Positions 17,468 through 25,796 of a stretch of 64,000 nt of DNA are shown piece after piece (the stretch's first letter is position 1; each line of letters opens with the position of its first letter). The stretch spans positions 62,001 to 126,000 of IMG/VR virus record IMGVR_UViG_3300044641_007115; one strand, written 5' to 3'. The translations under genes and the position numbers were made by a program. The notes beneath the pieces were generated by a model. The model was not told where the DNA came from and ran no database searches. It saw only the letters and a program-made list of their open reading frames with translations.

Positions 17468-17938
17468 ATGGTACTGGAAGACTACGCGGCTCTGGCAGAC
17501 AAAGAGCTTCGGATTGATGTGACGCGGCTTGTCGAAGAAGCCGCGTCCATCGCCTATCTCCACGGTCGGTGGATGAAGTTCTACGAAGAAGAGAAGAGGC
17601 AATTCCGCCGGATGAAGCGGGAAGTCGCCAAGATGTACACGAAGCGGTTCAACTTCTATCGCGGCACCGGCGACCCTGATGATTTTCCGAATGAGCGCCC
17701 GCCGGATTTGATTCTCGATACATCCATGAAGACCGGCACGAAGAAGCGTAGCCATACGCCGGTCAACGTGGTCGAAATGTACATGGAATCCGACGATCTG
17801 TATCAGGACATGAAAGACAAGCTGGAAGATCAAGAAGTTCTTTTGGACTATCTCGAACAATGTCTCAAGGGTATTGCCTTCCGCCGGAACCAGATCGATA
17901 CCATCAACGAAACCCGCAAGTTCGAGTTTGGAAGGTGA
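17468..17938 (+). CDS. uvsY: recombination mediator UvsY
   Basis: size, FY.G motif, C-terminal R..QI...I...KF..G; synteny with uvsW. Confidence 0.85.
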   Translation: MVLEDYAALADKELRIDVTRLVEEAASIAYLHGRWMKFYEEEKRQFRRMKREVAKMYTKRFNFYRGTGDPDDFPNERPPDLILDTSMKTGTKKRSHTPVNVVEMYMESDDLYQDMKDKLEDQEVLLDYLEQCLKGIAFRRNQIDTINETRKFEFGR

Positions 17939-18035
17939 GCATGGGTGGATTGTTCAAATCAGTGACGGGCTTACAGTGTTGGGGATTGATGTTCTTCTCT
18001 TTTTGCATGGGATTATTGGTAGCGAAGGTGTTTTC

Positions 18036-18251
18036 ATGAGTGCATTCTATTTCCACTTCAACAAACCAGCCACACAGCGCGCCGGGAAAGTGCAAGTCAG
18101 TCTGCACTACAAAGACACTTGTCATGTGATCGATAACATTGACTGTCGCGTGCCCGTGCGCGGGCGCATACGCAAGACTCAACCCCGGTTTGTCATGGCC
18201 GGGAAAGCGAAGTCCGTTCGCTTTGAAGATGGCGTGGCGGTGATCGAATGA
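18036..18251 (+). CDS. hypothetical phage protein
   Basis: MSAFYFHFNKP...QPRFVMAGKA; overlaps the next start. Confidence 0.7.
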   Translation: MSAFYFHFNKPATQRAGKVQVSLHYKDTCHVIDNIDCRVPVRGRIRKTQPRFVMAGKAKSVRFEDGVAVIE

Positions 18252-18571
18252 AAGTCTACCAAGACCCGGTATACCGGTTCAATTTCGACAAGATGACCCG
18301 CCGGGACATGTGGGCCTTTTTGTTGATGCTGGTGACGGCTCCGTCGCTGGCCGTTCAAGCGTGGAAGATGTACAAGGCACCGAAGACGGTTGCCAGTGCA
18401 TTGATGGTTGGCTACAAAGGAACAACTCCATTTGAAGCCGGTTTCTTCTATGCGCCATACATTCCGCTGCAAATGGTTTCGCCCATTCCTACGACAAAAC
18501 CGCCGGTGGCGTTCAAAACTCGATACGGAACATATTCAGGTTCGAGTTACTATAGAAAGGTACAGCTATGA
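18248..18571 (+). CDS. mini-protein carrying a T4 gp23 major-capsid C-terminal segment behind a Tat/TM-like leader
   Basis: VGYKG.TPFEAGFFYAPYIPLQMV...P.VAFKTRYG is the gp23 C-terminal signature. Confidence 0.75.
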   Translation: MKVYQDPVYRFNFDKMTRRDMWAFLLMLVTAPSLAVQAWKMYKAPKTVASALMVGYKGTTPFEAGFFYAPYIPLQMVSPIPTTKPPVAFKTRYGTYSGSSYYRKVQL

Positions 18572-18831
18572 AGAAACTGTTTCTGATTCCTCTTCTTATC
18601 CTTGCCGGGTGCGCCACGACTCCCATGCAAACCCTCTCTACCAACAACCCGGAGTTGCAGATCGATGTTGTCGGTAAAGCGGATGGATGTACCATATATC
18701 GTTTTCGCGACGCCGGTAAGAACCACTATTTTGTCAAGTGTATCGAAGGCACCGCGCAAGCCATGTCGATGCAATCATGCGGTAAGAATTGTCAGTATGA
18801 GGATCGCATTCAGACCGTAACCACGCACTAG
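18568..18831 (+). CDS. small lipoprotein
   Basis: MKKLFLIPLLILAGC lipobox; DGC.IYRF.D. Confidence 0.75.
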   Translation: MKKLFLIPLLILAGCATTPMQTLSTNNPELQIDVVGKADGCTIYRFRDAGKNHYFVKCIEGTAQAMSMQSCGKNCQYEDRIQTVTTH

Positions 18832-18874
18832 ATCCCGCGTCTAGTGCTCAAAATGGCCGCGTATAAACACATGC

Positions 18875-20392
18875 GTGGTCGTCATTCGCAAAGTCAACGA
18901 ATCCTATCTTCAGGTTGACGCCGATCCCGGAATCGTTCGAGAGATCAGCGAAGTTCTAACCTTCGAAGTCCCGAACGCACATCACATGCGCCGCATGATG
19001 GAGAAGCGCGGGCGCAAGATGTACAACAATTGGGATGGGCGCATCAAGCTGTTGGACTATCGCAACGGCGCGGCCTATCTTGGTCTTCACCGTTTCATTC
19101 GTCAGTACTGCGAAGAGAACAACTATGAAGTCCAGTACGAAGACAACTTCGATTCAGAAAACCCTTTCTCCCTGTGGGAAGCCCGTAAGTTCTTCGAGTC
19201 ACTAAACCTGTCTGTACAGGGTAAACCGCTGGATGTGCGCGACTACCAAGAGCGTGCATTTGTTCACGGGGTTCAGCGCCGCCGGGCCATTCTCGTTTCT
19301 CCCACGGCGTCCGGCAAGTCGCTCATCATCTATCTTCTGTTGCGGTATCTGCAAGAGTACAAGATGGGAGACACGGGGAAAATTCTTGTCATTGTTCCCA
19401 CGACATCGCTGGTCGAACAGATGTACTCCGACTTCGCCGATTACAGCGCGGCGGACCCGAATTGGAATGTCGAAGAGAATGTCCATCGCGTCCACTCCGG
19501 GGCGGAACGAAACACCGATCTTCCAATCACTGTGACGACGTGGCAGTCCATTTATCGGATGAACGATGAGTGGTTTTTACAATTCCACGGGGTTGTCGGT
19601 GACGAAGCCCATCAGTTTGACTCCAAATCGCTCAGCAAGATTATGTCGTCGCTGGTGAACGCGGAGTATCGTTTCGCCACGACCGGCACATTGAAGGGAT
19701 CGATGGTCAATGAAATGGTGTTGGAAGGTCTGTTCGGTCAGGTCTACAACGTCACCACGACCCGCGAACTCATGGATGCTGGTACGGTCGCGGATCTGAC
19801 AATCAAAGCGCTGGTGCTCCGTTACTCCGATGAAGATTGTCAAATGGTCCGGGGTGCCGACTTCCATGCGGAGCGGGACTACATTTCCGCACACACGACC
19901 CGCCGGAACTTTGTGCGCAATCTGGTGTTGAGCCTGAAAGGAAACACGCTGGTTCTTTTCGCTCTTGTCGATAAGCAGGGGAAGCCGCTGTATGAGTCGA
20001 TCATGGAGCGGGTGGAACCGGGCCGAAAGGTCTTCTATGTCTCCGGTGAGACGGAAGCCGATGACCGGGAACAGGTGCGTCAGATCACGGAACAGGAAGA
20101 GAACGCCATCATCATTGCCAGCTACGGCGTCTTTTCGACCGGTGTCAATATCCGCAATCTGGACAATCTGGTATTCGCCGCCGGGACGAAATCGAAGATC
20201 CGTACCCTACAAAGCATCGGTCGCGGCCTTCGGAAAAGTGATCGGAAATCCACGGTGACGGTCTTCGACATCGTGGATGATTTGAGCGTTAAGTCTAAGA
20301 AAAATTTCGCCTTAATGCATTTCGCCGAACGCTTGGCGTTCTATGCGGCGGAACAGTTCCGGTACAAGATTTACCGGATCGACCTGTCGTAA
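18875..20392 (+). CDS. uvsW: SF2 DNA/RNA helicase UvsW
   Basis: WDGRIKL, SPTASGKS, DEAH, QSIGRGLR. Confidence 0.95.
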   Translation: MVVIRKVNESYLQVDADPGIVREISEVLTFEVPNAHHMRRMMEKRGRKMYNNWDGRIKLLDYRNGAAYLGLHRFIRQYCEENNYEVQYEDNFDSENPFSLWEARKFFESLNLSVQGKPLDVRDYQERAFVHGVQRRRAILVSPTASGKSLIIYLLLRYLQEYKMGDTGKILVIVPTTSLVEQMYSDFADYSAADPNWNVEENVHRVHSGAERNTDLPITVTTWQSIYRMNDEWFLQFHGVVGDEAHQFDSKSLSKIMSSLVNAEYRFATTGTLKGSMVNEMVLEGLFGQVYNVTTTRELMDAGTVADLTIKALVLRYSDEDCQMVRGADFHAERDYISAHTTRRNFVRNLVLSLKGNTLVLFALVDKQGKPLYESIMERVEPGRKVFYVSGETEADDREQVRQITEQEENAIIIASYGVFSTGVNIRNLDNLVFAAGTKSKIRTLQSIGRGLRKSDRKSTVTVFDIVDDLSVKSKKNFALMHFAERLAFYAAEQFRYKIYRIDLS

Positions 20393-20393
20393 G

Positions 20394-20401
20394 TATAAAT
20401 A
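20394..20401 (+). promoter_or_regulatory. T4 late promoter TATAAATA
   Basis: exact T4 gp55 consensus. Confidence 0.7.
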
Positions 20402-20504
20402 CGGGGATTGTCGTCGCATTTGGAAGGGTGCGGCGAATTCTCTTGGTGAAACGAGTTTTTCAGTGCGACATCGCGCGCTGATAATGGAAGTTAGGTCGGT
20501 GTGT

Positions 20505-20636
20505 CTAGTACCCGAAATGAGCTTTGATAAGGTTCATCACCAAGATGAACCATGCAATGCCAACGACGGACATCAAGATCCATCCGGCGAACAAAGCTAT
20601 CGCGATCTTCAAAGTGAATCGCAGAAAGGATAACAT
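20505..20636 (-). CDS. 43-aa membrane peptide (not in ORF track)
   Basis: MLSFLRFTLKIAIALFAGWILMSVVGIAWFILVMNLIKAHFGY; own sigma70 promoter. Confidence 0.65.
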   Translation of the reverse strand: MLSFLRFTLKIAIALFAGWILMSVVGIAWFILVMNLIKAHFGY

Positions 20637-20644
20637 ATGCTTCA

Positions 20645-20673
20645 AGCATAACAGGGATGGACATATAAGTCAA
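20645..20673 (-). promoter_or_regulatory. sigma70 promoter TTGACT-17-TGnTATGCT overlapping the gp55 start
   Basis: spacing and extended -10. Confidence 0.7.
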
Positions 20674-21251
20674 TGGAGCGCAAGAAAAATCAGTACGTGG
20701 ACAACAAGAAGCTGTACGATGCCCTAGTCGAATGGCTGAAGGACCGGAAGGCGGCACAACGCAATAAGCAAAACCTCCCTCCGCTCCCCGACTATATTGG
20801 TGAGTGTATCTTGTTGATGGCAAACCGTTTGGCTCAAAAAGCCAACTTCGTCAACTACACTTTCAAAGATGACATGATCGGCGATGCGATGGAATCGTGT
20901 TTGCGGTATCTGCACAATTTCAACCCGACGCGGAGCACCAACGCTTTTGCCTATGTGACACAGATCCTTCACAATGCGTTTGTGCGCCGGATTCAGCGGG
21001 AACGGCGGAACAGCTATACCAAGGCGATGTTGATTAGCCACGGTATGCCGGGGTATTCGGTGCAAGAAGGCGACGAAACGGAATACACCAACACCTACGT
21101 CGATTTCCTTCAAGAGAATGTCACCGACGTGATTGAAAAGTTCGAGTCCGCCAAGAAACGGAAGAAGGACCGGCAACAGAAGAAGTTGGGTCTGGAAAGT
21201 TTCTTCGTGGAAGAACCAACCGAACAAGTAGTCGGGGCCGGTTCACAGTAA
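20673..21251 (+). CDS. gp55: late-transcription sigma factor gp55
   Basis: YVDNK, YIGEC, NF.NYT...DMI.D, NAFAY.TQI..NAF.RRIQ.E. Confidence 0.95.
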   Translation: MERKKNQYVDNKKLYDALVEWLKDRKAAQRNKQNLPPLPDYIGECILLMANRLAQKANFVNYTFKDDMIGDAMESCLRYLHNFNPTRSTNAFAYVTQILHNAFVRRIQRERRNSYTKAMLISHGMPGYSVQEGDETEYTNTYVDFLQENVTDVIEKFESAKKRKKDRQQKKLGLESFFVEEPTEQVVGAGSQ

Positions 21252-21272
21252 GAACAATTTTGGTGCGGTAGG

Positions 21273-21311
21273 AAAAGGCGGGATGTGCGCTCCATCCCGC
21301 CTTTTTCTTTT
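21273..21311 (+). terminator. intrinsic terminator
   Basis: aaaaggcgggatg / catcccgcctttttctttt. Confidence 0.9.
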
Positions 21312-21335
21312 GCTCAAAACATACATAGAGTGTGT

Positions 21336-21677
21336 ATGGCCGTTGAAACTGTTTCGACGATGATAGGGTACGATCTTCGGGATCACCGGTGGGTAGCATT
21401 TTGTCCGCACTACGATCTGGACGCGCACGACACGACAATTGAATCTAGTTGGGACCGGCTAGTCGATTTGTGCAACGGGTGGGTCGAATGGTGCCTTCTG
21501 CAAGGATTGCCGGAATTGAGCGAAACACACGCGCCTTATCTCAATGTGATTGAAGAGTCGATCAAAGAACCATATGCGACGGTGGAACTGGCCGGGTTGA
21601 GCATCGAAATGACCGGCTGGCTGATTCTGGATCGGTTGCCGGGTAATTGGCAACAGGGACGAATTCTGGACGCCTAA
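21336..21677 (+). CDS. HicB-like protein
   Basis: W.AFCP.YDL.A..TTIE.....L pattern of the HicB N-domain. Confidence 0.5.
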   Translation: MAVETVSTMIGYDLRDHRWVAFCPHYDLDAHDTTIESSWDRLVDLCNGWVEWCLLQGLPELSETHAPYLNVIEESIKEPYATVELAGLSIEMTGWLILDRLPGNWQQGRILDA

Positions 21678-21685
21678 ATGGATGT

Positions 21686-22135
21686 ATGAGTAAGAAATCA
21701 GGGGCGGCAACCGCCGCCAAAAACGAATACATCCCTCTTGACAAATTCCGTTTGGAGTTCACCAGCATTCCCGGTGTGAAGGAATTGGCTGGTATCAGTC
21801 AAAGTGTCCGACAAGTTAATCTGCCCGGCGGTGAACGTGGTAAGTCGAACACGATGATCTGTGATTCGATGACTGTGACTTTCGTAGAGACGACGGATTT
21901 GAATTTCGTCAAGTTCGTCTCATGGCTCCAAACATCATCCGGTGATCTGGCGACCGCGAAGTTGTACATTCAGAATCAATCGGAAAAAGACGTACTGTGT
22001 GTGTCTATGGAAGGCATGGAGATCACACAGGTGTGTAGTGTTAGCCTTGGCAATTCGGCCTTGATCGGAACGACTGGCAATATGGAATTTGATGTTGTGT
22101 TCCGTGTCGGACGGACCAATTACACCGTCCTCTAA
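21686..22135 (+). CDS. divergent tail tube/gp3-fold paralogue
   Basis: F.L.F..IP, V.QVNLPG, MTVTF, A.L.I.N, FDV.F. Confidence 0.5.
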   Translation: MSKKSGAATAAKNEYIPLDKFRLEFTSIPGVKELAGISQSVRQVNLPGGERGKSNTMICDSMTVTFVETTDLNFVKFVSWLQTSSGDLATAKLYIQNQSEKDVLCVSMEGMEITQVCSVSLGNSALIGTTGNMEFDVVFRVGRTNYTVL

Positions 22136-22150
22136 TTCTCTTCAACATGT

Positions 22151-22188
22151 GTGGCCGCGTTTTCAAAGCGCGGCCACTTTCCATTTTT
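22151..22188 (+). terminator. intrinsic terminator
   Basis: gtggccgcg / cgcggccac followed by a T-rich tract. Confidence 0.7.
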
Positions 22189-22220
22189 GCGGGCGTTTCT
22201 CGATACGACAATAGAGAAAG

Positions 22221-22364
22221 ATGTCGGACCCGCGATACCTTCACAGTGCGGTGGTGATTGCCTTCACCATACTCGTTTCGCTTGGCCCTGTCATCTGTGA
22301 CCGAATGATCGCACTTTACCGACAACATGTGAAGGGAAAGGCCCAATTATCGAGGTTTGAATGA
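22221..22364 (+). CDS. 47-aa membrane peptide (not in ORF track)
   Basis: MSDPRYLHSAVVIAFTILVSLGPVICDRMIALYRQHVKGKAQLSRFE; ATGA overlap with gp47. Confidence 0.6.
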   Translation: MSDPRYLHSAVVIAFTILVSLGPVICDRMIALYRQHVKGKAQLSRFE

Positions 22365-23524
22365 AGATTGCATTGCTGGCGGACACGCATTTCGGCGTCC
22401 GCAACGACATGGCGGCGTTCTATGACACGTTCGATAGTTTCTACACCAAGACGTTTTTTCCGACAATTGATCGGCGCGGGATCAAGCATATTTTGCACTT
22501 GGGTGATGTGTTCGACCGTCGCAAGTACGTCAACTTCCAGACCTTAGAGAAGACCCGTCAGGTGTTTTTCGATCCCATGCGCGCGCGTGGGATGCAGATG
22601 AAAGTCATCTTGGGCAATCACGACGTTTACTACCGATCCACAAACCGGCTGAATGCTGTCTCTTTGCTCTTGGGTGAGTATCTGAAGAATCCGACCAATG
22701 ATCCCAACGAAGGCAAATTGGTTGAAGGTGGGCTACCGCTTCCGTACCTACATGACATCGACGTATACGAACAGCCATGTGAAACCGATATCTTCGGTAT
22801 GGACTGTGTTGTCATGCCGTGGATCAACGGAGAAAATTACGAAGCCGCGATGAAAATTGCGAAGGGCGCGCGCGGTTCGAAACCGGTGTTCGGTCATTTG
22901 GAACTCACCGGATTCAACATGTATCGCAACAGCGTATGCGAACACGGACTGGACCCGAAGGTCTTCAATCGTTTCGACATGGTGTTGACAGGTCACTTTC
23001 ACCACCAATCACAGAAGGGCGGCATCCGCTATGTAGGCGCGCCATACGAAATGATCTGGTCGGACTATGATGATCCGCGTGGTTTCCACATCCTTGACAC
23101 GGAAACGTTCGAGCTTGAGTTTGTCAGGAACCCGGATCAGATGTTCTACAAAGTCCGCTATGATGATTCTGCGGATGTGCCGGGACGTTCCGCTCCGGGG
23201 CCGGACATCGAACCATCGGCGGACTGGAAAGGCAAGTTCATCAAGATCATTGTCATGCGGAAGAAAGATCCGTATGCCTTCGATCAATTCATGGACGCGG
23301 TGTGGGCAACCCAACCACATGATGTGTCGCTGGTCGAAGATGAAACCCTTGACATCGATAAGGTGCTCGAAGGGAAAGATGAAACGCTCATCATCGACGA
23401 CACTCCAACTGTGTTGAATGCATACGTGGATGCGATCACTACACAGGATGTGAACAAACCGGCACTGAAGCGACTGATGTTAGAACTCTACACAGAAGCC
23501 GTGGCGACCAGTGGAAAAGACTGA
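22361..23524 (+). CDS. gp47: Mre11-like recombination nuclease gp47
   Basis: DTHFG, GDVFD.RK, GNHD, GHFH, D.RGFH. Confidence 0.95.
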   Translation: MKIALLADTHFGVRNDMAAFYDTFDSFYTKTFFPTIDRRGIKHILHLGDVFDRRKYVNFQTLEKTRQVFFDPMRARGMQMKVILGNHDVYYRSTNRLNAVSLLLGEYLKNPTNDPNEGKLVEGGLPLPYLHDIDVYEQPCETDIFGMDCVVMPWINGENYEAAMKIAKGARGSKPVFGHLELTGFNMYRNSVCEHGLDPKVFNRFDMVLTGHFHHQSQKGGIRYVGAPYEMIWSDYDDPRGFHILDTETFELEFVRNPDQMFYKVRYDDSADVPGRSAPGPDIEPSADWKGKFIKIIVMRKKDPYAFDQFMDAVWATQPHDVSLVEDETLDIDKVLEGKDETLIIDDTPTVLNAYVDAITTQDVNKPALKRLMLELYTEAVATSGKD

Positions 23525-23709
23525 TGCAATTTGAAGGTCTGGTGTTTCGTTATTGGGTCGATGATGGCATCGGCTATCTTCGAACGAAAGAAGGTTACGT
23601 GTATCTGTTCCGGGATACACGAATTGATGGTGTGGTCGCGAACGGAAAGATTGTTGATTTTGATGTTGAGGGCGATCAAGTTGTCCGGGGCATCGTCAGG
23701 GAAAGATAA
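23524..23709 (+). CDS. cold-shock/OB-fold-like small protein
   Basis: G.V..Y....G.GYL, G..V.F.V; coupled between gp47 and gp46. Confidence 0.5.
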   Translation: MQFEGLVFRYWVDDGIGYLRTKEGYVYLFRDTRIDGVVANGKIVDFDVEGDQVVRGIVRER

Positions 23710-25421
23710 TGCTTGAATTCCAATCCATTCGATACAAAAACTTTCTGAGCACCGGCAACAATGAAACGGTCATTCAGATCAACACGTCGCCAACGACTCT
23801 CATCTTAGGCGACAACGGAAGCGGCAAGTCAACCATGCTGGATGCATTGTGCTTCGGGTTGTTTGGTAAGCCGTATCGCAAGATCAAAAAAGAACAGCTT
23901 ATCAATTCCATCAATCAACGCGATTGTCTGGTGGAGATCGAATTCCATACGCGCGGAGATCACTACAAGATCCGGCGCGGCATCAAGCCGAACTTCTTGA
24001 ACATTCTCAAGAACGGGCAATTGCTCGAAGAGAATGCGGCGGTGAAGGACCAGCAAGAATATCTCGAAACTCACATCCTGAAGCTGTCGATGAAATCCTT
24101 CACTCAGTTGGTCATTCTCGGTTCCGCTAGTTTCGTGCCGTTTATGCAACTGAGCGCGGCTGACCGCCGGGCGCTGGTCGAAGATATCCTTGAGATTCAA
24201 GTCCTGTCAGAAATGAATGAAGTTCTGAAGGGCCGGGTGTCGAAGATCAAGCAAGAAATCGCCTTGGTAGAACAGCAAGTTCTCAGTACCAATGAAGCGA
24301 TTCGGTTGGTGGAAGACTCCATCAATTCCATGAAACAACAGGCCGATCAGGAACGGCAACGGAAGCTGGATCGCATCGCGGAGATTGAAACGCAAATCCA
24401 AGCGATCACAGATGACATACAAGTCAAAACCGAAGAAGTTGAAGGCGTGTTGGCCCGGATTGCCGACGAACCCGCTGTCAATGAGAAGCTGTCTGACTAC
24501 AGCGAAAGAAAGACGAAAATCAAGTCCAAGGCTCAAGAGTTGACGACGGAGATTCGGTTTTTCCAAGACAACGACACATGTCCGACCTGTACACAGCCGA
24601 TCCAGACGGATTTCCGGGACAAGACGATTGCAGACAAGAAGACCTTCTTGGCGAAACTGAAGGACGGTCATACTGCACTGACAGAGAAAGAATCGACCTT
24701 TCTACATCGCCGGGAAGAAATTTCTCAGTGCCGGTCGCAGATTCAATCGATCCGTCAGGAGATCGCGGCGCGCCGGGCTGAGTCCAACACACTCAACACT
24801 GAATCGCGGCGGCTGAGTCTTGACATACAGAAGACGGACAGCACGCTGATCGCCAAGGAAGAAGGAAAACTGGAAGAGTTGCACCGGCGCGAAGAAGAGT
24901 TGGAAGTCATGCGGAAGCATTTGGCGGAAACCAAACAGCTTCAGGATGTGGCCGCTATCATGTTGAAAGATGGAGGGATCAAGACTAGTATCATCCGTCA
25001 ATATCTGCCTGTCATCAACAAGGTGGTCAATCGTTTCCTCTCCGCGTTGAATTTTCCGGTACAATTCAGTTTAGACGAAACATTCAACGAAACCATCAAG
25101 GCGCGACATAGGGATGAGTTCAGCTACCCATCCTTCTCCGAAGGGGAAAAGTTGCGCATCGACTTGGCAATCTTGTTTTGCTGGCGGGAAGTCGCCCGCC
25201 TCAAAAACAGTATGGCAACGAACTTGCTCATTCTTGATGAAGTAGTCGATTCTAGTTTGGATGTGACCGGAATTGACGCCTTCATGACGGTGCTGGCGGA
25301 ATTGTCTGAAACGACTCACGTGTTCGTTATCTCACACAAATCCGATGCCTTGGCCGAAAAGTTTGATCGCACGATCAAATTTGTGAAACGGGCGAACTTC
25401 TCACAGATCCAACTAGCGTAG
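23709..25421 (+). CDS. gp46: Rad50-like ATPase gp46
   Basis: KNFLSTGN, GDNGSGKST, CPTC hook, FSEGEK, LDEV.DSSLD, ISH. Confidence 0.95.
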   Translation: MLEFQSIRYKNFLSTGNNETVIQINTSPTTLILGDNGSGKSTMLDALCFGLFGKPYRKIKKEQLINSINQRDCLVEIEFHTRGDHYKIRRGIKPNFLNILKNGQLLEENAAVKDQQEYLETHILKLSMKSFTQLVILGSASFVPFMQLSAADRRALVEDILEIQVLSEMNEVLKGRVSKIKQEIALVEQQVLSTNEAIRLVEDSINSMKQQADQERQRKLDRIAEIETQIQAITDDIQVKTEEVEGVLARIADEPAVNEKLSDYSERKTKIKSKAQELTTEIRFFQDNDTCPTCTQPIQTDFRDKTIADKKTFLAKLKDGHTALTEKESTFLHRREEISQCRSQIQSIRQEIAARRAESNTLNTESRRLSLDIQKTDSTLIAKEEGKLEELHRREEELEVMRKHLAETKQLQDVAAIMLKDGGIKTSIIRQYLPVINKVVNRFLSALNFPVQFSLDETFNETIKARHRDEFSYPSFSEGEKLRIDLAILFCWREVARLKNSMATNLLILDEVVDSSLDVTGIDAFMTVLAELSETTHVFVISHKSDALAEKFDRTIKFVKRANFSQIQLA

Positions 25422-25431
25422 AAAAAATGAA

Positions 25432-25460
25432 TTGCTTCCTTCATCGGTTTCTGGTATGCT
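25432..25460 (+). promoter_or_regulatory. sigma70-type promoter TTGCTT-17-TGnTATGCT
   Basis: spacing and extended -10. Confidence 0.55.
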
Positions 25461-25537
25461 TGGGATCGACGGAGAGGCGTGCGTACTTTTAGAACTATCG
25501 CCGTTACGTTGGGAAACGTAAAGAAAGAGAGCTTGAT

Positions 25538-25756
25538 ATGGCCCGGAACAATGTGGTTGAGGTTAGACCACCCAAGGGTTCGAACTTGGATACGGTCCTA
25601 GTGGCTTTGCACGGACTACAGGAGCAACAGGCAGAGTTGCGGGAAGGAATCAGTAGCATCCGTTCGCAACTGAACCGTCTGCGGCGACCGGTGCGCAAAT
25701 CTGTCAGTCGTATTCGCGTGGTGCCAGTATCCGGCATTCACGCAATTGCCGGTTAA
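25538..25756 (+). CDS. small basic coiled-coil protein
   Basis: ORF with purine-rich upstream sequence, behind a promoter. Confidence 0.5.
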   Translation: MARNNVVEVRPPKGSNLDTVLVALHGLQEQQAELREGISSIRSQLNRLRRPVRKSVSRIRVVPVSGIHAIAG

Positions 25757-25759
25757 CAC

Positions 25760-25789
25760 TTGACATATAGGTCCGCATCATGCTATCTT
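25760..25789 (+). promoter_or_regulatory. early promoter TTGACATATAGGTC...TGcTATCTT
   Basis: repeated phage motif; ATG 7 nt downstream. Confidence 0.75.
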
Positions 25790-25796
25790 GAGTGTG

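Noticed and set aside
20403-20500. GGGGA-starting sequence suggestive of tmRNA, and GAAAC/CTGATAA suggestive of a hammerhead ribozyme
   Set aside because: No tmRNA acceptor stem, T-arm or CCA end; the hammerhead core CUGANGA and its helices are not satisfied.
22189-22360. Apparent structured intergenic RNA upstream of gp47
   Set aside because: Better explained by a 47-aa membrane ORF (22221-22364) coupled to gp47 by an ATGA overlap.
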